Source of the DNA: an uncultured bacterium
GTDB taxonomy: Bacteria; Zixibacteria; MSB-5A5; CAIYYT01
Direction: 5' to 3'
Assembly: GCA_963726455.1 (NCBI GenBank)
Contig: CAVSCK010000004.1
Location: forward strand, 960,001-1,024,000
Length of the DNA: 64,000 nucleotides
Within the stretch, counting starts at the first letter, position 1. Each line of letters begins with the position of its first letter. Shown piece after piece: positions 41,762-48,149 of this stretch. Below the pieces are notes generated by a model. The model was not told the origin of the DNA and searched no databases. It saw nothing but the letters and a program-made list of their open reading frames with translations. A program made the position numbers and the translations under genes.

Positions 41762-43559
41762 GTTGCATACTCCTTCTCAGCTTTCCGAACAACCAGATGG
41801 CGCGCTTGCCGAAATGCGTCTGCTCAATCGCATAGTGGCCGGACAACGAGGCGCCGGAAAGTTCAAGCGCAATCTTGTTGGGAGTGGATTGATCGAGGCC
41901 ATTGATCACACCCTGATCGACCAGAGCGACGCGACCGGAAGGACGTTCGCAATGTGGCGAGTTGTCGATTTGTTGGCATACCTGTCGATGTCCAACCGGC
42001 AGTGTTATGGGATTGCGTCCGCGCAGGCGCAGCACTGACACGCTGTCATCGTGATGAAGTTCGAGCCAGTAGTCGCCGCGGCTGTCGTGCAGCAGGCGGA
42101 AACGATTGTCGCCATTCGTCGGCTTCAGCTTGGTTGCGACAGATGCGAAGTCGGGGTAAGCGTCGCCGATGCAGAGATCGAGATAGACAAATCGATTCCG
42201 ATCATGCTTGTCAGGATGCACCACGATGATTTCGCCGGTGTGCAGGTGCGAGGTCTTTCCGATCAGACGATGACAAGTTGGCGTTTCAGTTTCAATGGAC
42301 GTTCTGAATTCGACAAAGTAGTTCGACTTCCCATTCGCTTGCGGCTCGATGACAACTTTGCCGCGCAATTGTTGCTGGTGACGAATCTCGAAGACCTGCG
42401 GCGCATCACTGCCGGCGAGATCGATAATGCGCATTCCTTCGCCACTCCCCTTGCTCGCGGCCTTGTGTTGCAGGTCAACGAAGCGGCAGCGATAATGAGC
42501 CAGCGGCGCAATCGATTGTGAACGAGTGAAACGCTTTGTGAGAATCGCCTTGCGTTCGATCAGTGAAAGTCGCGACAGATCGGCGCCATCCAGACGATAA
42601 AGATCGACCAGACTCAGAAAACAGCGCGGCTGCTTCCTTCCAGAGGAATACTCTCGCAACGTCTCAAGCGATAGACGGCTGGCGCCTTTTACCGGAATCA
42701 GTTGCGCCAGTACTCGGAAGTCGGCGACGCCAGATGAGCCGGTGAGTTCGTCCAGAATCGGATCGGTGAAACACGTGCCGTCAAGTTTCGTCGCCGTGAG
42801 TTTGCCGGCGCGCGAGTCGATATCGAGCCAGATGCCGTGATAGAGTGGCTCGATCAGAATTTCATCGAGTGGGGTTTTGAGTTTCGCAAGGTCAAAGAAG
42901 ACCTCGGCCCGCGAGCGCCAGAACGTGTCGGTTGAATCCGTGAAGTCGACATCGGCGGCCAGCGAACTCACGCGCGTGTTGGGGACGGCGCCACGATAGA
43001 CGAGCGAGACTTCCAGCACTTTTTCAATCTGCTTGTAGAAGTAGAATGCGCGTACCTCCCTGCCGCCAAGGCGAACGACTTCATTAAGGCGGTGCCGGCA
43101 ATGCCGCATATCTTCGCGACAGATGCAGCATTCCGGTTTGCCGTAAAGAAATCCGAGGGAACATTCTTTGTAGATGCCGGATTCGATGCCGGCCTTCAAC
43201 GTGTCGGCGTCGCGTTGATCGCGGTGCCAGTAGAACCAGGCCTGCAACCAGGGAGTGCCGTCGCGAGGAACAACTTCGCTTTTGAAGACGCGGCCGATCG
43301 GCAGTTCCTGTTTCTTGTGCCCAACCATGACCGGCGCATCGACGATCAGTTGTGCGAGTTGTGTCAACTCAGTGATCTCGAAACAGCCGCCCTGCAGGTT
43401 GACTTCGTTCGATGCCGCCTGCAAGAGGCCGAGATAGACGTTGTCGGCTGTGACCGATTGCGACGGCTGCACGACGCGGTTGATTTCATCGATAAGTTCC
43501 TGTCGATCGCCCAACTCACCGGCGGCTGAGATCGACAATGAACCAATAAGCTTTTCCAC
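41745..43559 (-). CDS. prohead protease-like domain fused to degenerate ATP-dependent ligase and LigD phosphoesterase-like domains
   Basis: GTG start with GAGGAGGT RBS; VMVGH, PIGRVF, KECSLGF, CCIC..CRH, LEVSLV; then EPLYHG, VDLYRLDGADL..ERKAIL, GEGMRI; then VDQG, LSGASLSGHY, WLFGK. Confidence 0.7.
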   Translation of the reverse strand: MEKLIGSLSISAAGELGDRQELIDEINRVVQPSQSVTADNVYLGLLQAASNEVNLQGGCFEITELTQLAQLIVDAPVMVGHKKQELPIGRVFKSEVVPRDGTPWLQAWFYWHRDQRDADTLKAGIESGIYKECSLGFLYGKPECCICREDMRHCRHRLNEVVRLGGREVRAFYFYKQIEKVLEVSLVYRGAVPNTRVSSLAADVDFTDSTDTFWRSRAEVFFDLAKLKTPLDEILIEPLYHGIWLDIDSRAGKLTATKLDGTCFTDPILDELTGSSGVADFRVLAQLIPVKGASRLSLETLREYSSGRKQPRCFLSLVDLYRLDGADLSRLSLIERKAILTKRFTRSQSIAPLAHYRCRFVDLQHKAASKGSGEGMRIIDLAGSDAPQVFEIRHQQQLRGKVVIEPQANGKSNYFVEFRTSIETETPTCHRLIGKTSHLHTGEIIVVHPDKHDRNRFVYLDLCIGDAYPDFASVATKLKPTNGDNRFRLLHDSRGDYWLELHHDDSVSVLRLRGRNPITLPVGHRQVCQQIDNSPHCERPSGRVALVDQGVINGLDQSTPNKIALELSGASLSGHYAIEQTHFGKRAIWLFGKLRRSMQHEQTV

Positions 43560-43590
43560 TGTACCTCCTCGGGGCTTACCACATGCCCTC

Positions 43591-43636
43591 ACTTATGTCC
43601 GCCATGTGGATTTATCCTCAAGAGCACTACAAAAAT
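43591..43636 (-). promoter_or_regulatory. conserved upstream motif of the capsid operon (copy 2)
   Basis: Minus strand ATTTTTGTAGTGC-N10-AAATC-N11-CATAAGT. Confidence 0.7.
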
Positions 43637-43794
43637 TCGGGGGCCCGTTGAAGACGTAAGTCGCTGTTGGGCAACAACGGGAAATGTGCACACGTTTGCG
43701 CAAGAAACCGGGTTGTTGCGGGTCGGATTTACCAGCAAAAATATTTTCGTGATGCTGGACAATGTGTTACGATGTTTTTGGGCTTGACAGGTCT

Positions 43795-43810
43795 GGGCAC
43801 GAGAGTTGCT
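43795..43810 (+). promoter_or_regulatory. sigma54 -24/-12 promoter
   Basis: GGGCACGAGAGTTGCT (GG-N10-GC) about 30 bp upstream of the PEP-CTERM gene. Confidence 0.65.
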
Positions 43811-43840
43811 TGAGTATGTGTCGCAAGAAGGAGGAAATTC

Positions 43841-44176
43841 TTGGAACGTACAATGACTTATCTGAAGCTGCTCGGTATCCTGATCGGGATCGTGATGACG
43901 ATTCTCTGTTTGGGTTACACGAATGCCTACGGAATAACCGCTCCGCATTTTCTGATGAACAATCAGAACGGCGGCACGAACTCGACCGGCCTTACCAGTG
44001 GTGGCGACATAACTGACGAGGTCAGGATTCTGGGGGACAGATTCAATCAGGATAATCTGGACGGCACCAATTCGACCGGCGATGAAAAGAGTCCGCCGTC
44101 GATTCCGGAACCGGCGACGCTGATACTGTTGGGCACCGGTCTGGTTGGTGTCAAGCTGTTCAGACGGCGCCATTAG
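43841..44176 (+). CDS. small PEP-CTERM protein
   Basis: AAGGAGG RBS and TTG start (or ATG 43853); signal peptide; IPEPATLILLGTGLVGVKLFRRRH. Confidence 0.88.
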   Translation: MERTMTYLKLLGILIGIVMTILCLGYTNAYGITAPHFLMNNQNGGTNSTGLTSGGDITDEVRILGDRFNQDNLDGTNSTGDEKSPPSIPEPATLILLGTGLVGVKLFRRRH

Positions 44177-45504
44177 ATTTCACTCAGGCGAAAGCCGGGG
44201 CTGATTCCACGATTTGCAACAACTTTCGCCTGCCACAGCGCCAGCGCCAAAGCCATACAGGCATCGGCAGTGGTGTTTTCCTCCCAACTCAATTCACGTA
44301 ATTCCTCGGTAAACGACCAGTAGTCGTTGTTGGCCGTCGTCAATTCGATGGACGGAATGGCGACATTGCTCGATTCGAATTGCGATTGCAGATTCGTGAG
44401 CAACTCAGGTTTGGATTTCGGCGAGAAGATGAAGCCGATGGCTTTGATGTCCTGCAATTCCTGCAGTACGACATCGCCGGCGCCGGTGGCATCAATGATG
44501 GTGTCACCGCCGAATTCGCGTTGACGTTGGCGAATCGTTTCGAAGACGTTCGGCCAGTCGCGACGATGGAAGCGTTCGAGTTTGACGACTTGGTGCGGAC
44601 GCGTGGTGACATCGAGCGTAATGCCGACGGTATATGTCTGTTTGCGCGCGAGATCCCAGCCATGAATGTAGCGATGATGCGGTAGTTTCTCCGACATTCC
44701 GGTTGATTGCGACAGCGCCTGCTGAATGTACTCCTCCCCTAACACCGCATTTCCCGAATCGACGAACATGCCATAGATGTTTTGTTGAACGCGCGTTTGC
44801 GGCAGCGATTCGATTTTGGCGCAGAGGTATTCGCTGGAGAGAAAGGGATTGTCGGTTGATCTGCCGGAGTGAACATAGCCCGTATCAGGTTGCGATTGGA
44901 GTTCAAGATATTTGCGATGGAACCAATTGCGTCCGCGCGGAGTCGAGACCAGGTCGAGCATGCCCTTGCGGTCAGCGAGGCGCATAGTCAAGACTTCGTT
45001 GACGACATAGTCAGGATGCAACTCAAAGGCGACCTCGTCGAAATTGATGTAGTCGTAATCATGGCCGAGAATATGTTCGCCGCGATTCTGCGACGTGCGG
45101 GCCGTGATTTCGGCGCCGTTGCCGAGTTCGATTTTGGGATACGGCGTGTAGGTGACTTTGTCGACGAGCAACTCGACCAGCGATTTGCCTTTGATGAGAT
45201 TGAGGCAATTCGTGAAGATGATGTTGGCCTGATCCTGCGTGATGGAAACATTGAGCACTCGGTAACGGCCCGCGGAATCGAAGCGCGTGTCGCGATGGCG
45301 ATAGACGGCGCGGTGAATAATCTTGGCGGCCTGAATCGTTGATTTGCCCCAACGGTTGCCGGTCACGAGCAGGTTCTGACCGCAGGTTGAATTTGTCAGC
45401 CAGGCGGCTTGTCCCGGATGGGGATCGAGTTCGAGAAATTCGCGGCAGAAAAGCACGGGATCGGTGACGGCTTTTCGCCAGCGGCTGTGTTTACCTACGC
45501 GCAT
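44173..45504 (-). CDS. terminase large subunit
   Basis: Walker A GNRWGKS, Walker B INFDEVA, VSTPRG, DNPFLS; nuclease GWDLA, IIDATGAGD, DACMALALA. Confidence 0.9.
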   Translation of the reverse strand: MRVGKHSRWRKAVTDPVLFCREFLELDPHPGQAAWLTNSTCGQNLLVTGNRWGKSTIQAAKIIHRAVYRHRDTRFDSAGRYRVLNVSITQDQANIIFTNCLNLIKGKSLVELLVDKVTYTPYPKIELGNGAEITARTSQNRGEHILGHDYDYINFDEVAFELHPDYVVNEVLTMRLADRKGMLDLVSTPRGRNWFHRKYLELQSQPDTGYVHSGRSTDNPFLSSEYLCAKIESLPQTRVQQNIYGMFVDSGNAVLGEEYIQQALSQSTGMSEKLPHHRYIHGWDLARKQTYTVGITLDVTTRPHQVVKLERFHRRDWPNVFETIRQRQREFGGDTIIDATGAGDVVLQELQDIKAIGFIFSPKSKPELLTNLQSQFESSNVAIPSIELTTANNDYWSFTEELRELSWEENTTADACMALALALWQAKVVANRGISPGFRLSEI

Positions 45505-45516
45505 AGGGTGACCTTT

Positions 45517-45890
45517 CTATTCTGTGAGACACAGGTGTTTCGATGGGACACGGAACACACCCCTTGATCCCCTCTCGAGAGGGGAAAACAACAAACGGCT
45601 CATCTCGCGGCTGGAAAAGAGAGCGTCAAGACCGAAGCGGTTTTGATCTATAACTACTACACCTACGCGCATGGGCATGATAGATTGCCTCCTCCTGTCT
45701 TCGGACAATCAGGAATGTTTGACCTACGAGGCCTCTTGATGCAAGGCGCGTTACGAGAGGGACAAACAGGAATGTTTATCCTACCGAACTGCTCACACTT
45801 GCATACGCCGGCATAGATTCTATTACCCATTCGTACATCGCAACAAACTTCCCTCACCCCTAGCCCCTCTCCCAATGGGAGAGGGGAAGA
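45517..45890. repeat. host REP-like cluster between terL and portal
   Basis: CACACCCCTTGATCCCCTCTCGAGAGGGG, TCAAGACCGAAGCGGTTTTGA, GGACAAACAGGAATGTTTATCC and CCCTCACCCC..CCCTCTCCCAATGGGAGAGGGG, all also found outside the cluster. Confidence 0.82.
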
Positions 45891-46021
45891 GGGTGTTGGG
45901 GGATGAAGTGCGGGGTGGTGTGAGGATGATGAGGGTGACATTGCTTCTCCTGACTAGACTAGCGATGGACGAGGGCTGCGTTTTCGCAGCGTCGCAGGTC
46001 GTCTATTCCATACTTGGCGGA

Positions 46022-47302
46022 TCACTGCATCCGTGACAGTTCGCGTAAGGCCTGATCGTGTGTGATCAGTTTGTTGTCGAGCTTGGTGATGATGTTTTCG
46101 AGCATGATCTTTTCGGCCTGGGCGCGGTCGGCGATGCCGATGGTGATGCGGTTGTCGAAATGAGAACGGACTTCGACATTGAATCCGAGGAGCGCCAGTT
46201 CAACGTTGGCAATCCAATCAATCAGCGATGCCGCCGCCTGCTGCACGGTGGCGACCTGCCGCTGCACGAGTTCATACTTGAACTCGGCCCAGTTGTGCGT
46301 GGTGCCATACGCGTAGCCGAGCATGAAGGGCGCGAGATTGGTGCCGGCGCAGATGTCCTCGATCATGGCCTTGTGGTTCATGTACCAAGCCGTCGACGCG
46401 GAAGATTTGGACGACGGGCCGATGTATTCGATCTTGACATCGTTCCAGGTGACCGGATTCTTGTCGGGGCCGAAGTCGTGCATCATCTCGACGGTGTCAT
46501 CGAAATAGGAATTGGCGCGGCGGTAATAGTCCTCTTCGGTTTCGTCGGCGCGGCGTTCCGGTGGCGTGAGTTGCACGTGAATGCGGTGGTAGCCGGAGCT
46601 GCGCATGGAGCGATGCATGTCATTGATCAGGGTTTGCTCGACGCGGGCGACGAAAGGAATCGAATGTAGCAGCGAGCGGCCGACAACATTGCCGGGTTGC
46701 GTGCCGAGACCGTAGTAGAAGATCGATTGGTCGTTGAGCGGGATTTTGTGTTCGTCGAAAGATTGATACAGCCGATGGTGGTCGCCCTCCTGCTCGACCG
46801 TGATGGACAACATATCCGCGAGCAGAAATCGTTCGACGCGATTGCGCGAGGGCGTAAGTTGCAGCTCGCCGCAGATGGCGCCGTCGGTGAAGAGTGATTC
46901 GAAAAATTGGAGTAGCAGTTCGCGAAAGCCGCCGCGCTTCATCAGCCCGTCGCGGAAAATGCGGGCATCAAGATCGGCAAGCGCCGTGCGGATACGGTCT
47001 TCCTCGGAAGCCGAGACATCGCCGACGACCTGGAAGTCATAGTCAGCAGCGCAGAGCCGCACCCAGGTCCAGACGACGGCGTTGAGAACGGGGACGTGGT
47101 CGCGCAGGAAACGGTAGAGCTGCCGCCGCGCGCGGTCGGTTTCGGCGGCGTCAACCGGAAGGCGGGGATTGAGTTCGAGGAATGAAGCGCGCAGCCGGGG
47201 GCGGGATTTGAGGCCCGCCGGTACGTCTAACTTGTTGGTCTTGCGCAGGTTCTCGTTGATTGTGGCATTGTTGCGCCGTTTTCGCCAAAAGTCTGTGATC
47301 AT
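46022..47302 (-). CDS. phage portal protein
   Basis: 426 aa next to TerL; LYRFLRDHVPVLNA..VRL, GRSLLHSIPFV, VKIEYIG, APFMLG resemble portal families; AGGAGG RBS. Confidence 0.75.
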   Translation of the reverse strand: MITDFWRKRRNNATINENLRKTNKLDVPAGLKSRPRLRASFLELNPRLPVDAAETDRARRQLYRFLRDHVPVLNAVVWTWVRLCAADYDFQVVGDVSASEEDRIRTALADLDARIFRDGLMKRGGFRELLLQFFESLFTDGAICGELQLTPSRNRVERFLLADMLSITVEQEGDHHRLYQSFDEHKIPLNDQSIFYYGLGTQPGNVVGRSLLHSIPFVARVEQTLINDMHRSMRSSGYHRIHVQLTPPERRADETEEDYYRRANSYFDDTVEMMHDFGPDKNPVTWNDVKIEYIGPSSKSSASTAWYMNHKAMIEDICAGTNLAPFMLGYAYGTTHNWAEFKYELVQRQVATVQQAAASLIDWIANVELALLGFNVEVRSHFDNRITIGIADRAQAEKIMLENIITKLDNKLITHDQALRELSRMQ

Positions 47303-47319
47303 GTTTCGATAGTCCTCCT

Positions 47320-47365
47320 ACTTATGGGGGCGACCAAGATTTTTGGTGTTCGGCGCTACAAAAAT
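47320..47365 (-). promoter_or_regulatory. conserved upstream motif of the portal-terL operon (copy 1)
   Basis: Minus strand ATTTTTGTAGCGC-N10-AAATC-N11-CATAAGT. Confidence 0.7.
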
Positions 47366-47411
47366 GCAAAAAGGACTTGCGCGTCAACGCTGGCTTGATT
47401 ATATAATCACC

Positions 47412-47514
47412 GGAAACCCGAGTGTTGTTGTTGGTTTAGACACAAGCCAAAAGCATTCAAAGATCTCCAACTTGTGTTCCCCGCAATAGCCAACACACAA
47501 CACTCGCTTTTTTT
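47412..47514 (+). ncRNA. candidate ~100-nt rod-shaped small RNA
   Basis: Upstream TTGCGC and TATATA/TATAAT; three nested stems; ends in T7; no ORF. Confidence 0.45.
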
Positions 47515-48096
47515 GCGTAAGCGCCGCACAAACTGCGATCAGCTAATCTCAAGCCACACAAACTCTTAGTGTTTTCGGGACAACATTTCTGTTTAGGTCA
47601 TGGGCGCAGTTACTGCTCTGCGTTGACTGCGCCGGAATGCCCCTCAGTTAAGAGCTTGTATTTCAGTCAGTTACGAAATGGCAAATAAGAGAAGTGCGGG
47701 CATGCAATTTGTTAGAGTTAGGGGCAGAAATGGGTTGAACAAAACCGTGTCAAGGATCACAGTAATGTCAAACGACAACCTGTTTCTAACGAAGCGTTTT
47801 GCATTACCGATTGGTGGGGAGATCTAACGGGTCTCCTCACTGAAACTGAGGACCTAACCGCTAAAGTTGAGATGGCGGGAAGTTTCGTCAAAGCAGCGCA
47901 GTTTTGACATCGTAGTAATGTTGCTTCTTTGGGATTAGAATCGGGAGGATAATTGCGAGATTGTCCTCCCGGGATGAAAGTGAGATAGAGGACAACAGAG
48001 GACAGGGAGACAGAGTAACAAAGCCCGCAATTATTTTACATACCTACCTACAAGACCTTGAGTTACCGGGTTAGTAGTAACGACAAGTTGCTCAAG

Positions 48097-48131
48097 CAAG
48101 GCCGGATCCGAGCCCTCGGAGCCCGGCCTTG
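48097..48131 (-). terminator. hairpin downstream of the SBBP gene
   Basis: CAAGGCCGG..CCGGCCTTG inverted repeat about 20 bp after the stop. Confidence 0.55.
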
Positions 48132-48149
48132 TTATTTTGGTGTAATCCC

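Larger units (their letters stand above)
33666..47302 (-). mobile_element. phage-derived head/packaging gene cluster, probably domesticated (GTA-like) or a defective prophage
   Basis: Colinear portal, TerL, protease, scaffold-like, cement, MCP and connector-like genes; no integrase, att site, replication or tail-tube gene recognised. Confidence 0.75.

Noticed and set aside
43683-43701. LexA-like box upstream of the capsid operon
   Set aside because: Only one good half-site (GTGCA); two mismatches in the other.
33666-47302. Intact inducible prophage
   Set aside because: No integrase, att site, replication, tail or endolysin gene recognised; interrupted by host elements.
47412-47514. SRP RNA or tRNA
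   Set aside because: Lacks the SRP helix-8 GNRA and AGCAG motifs and has no cloverleaf or TTCGA arm.
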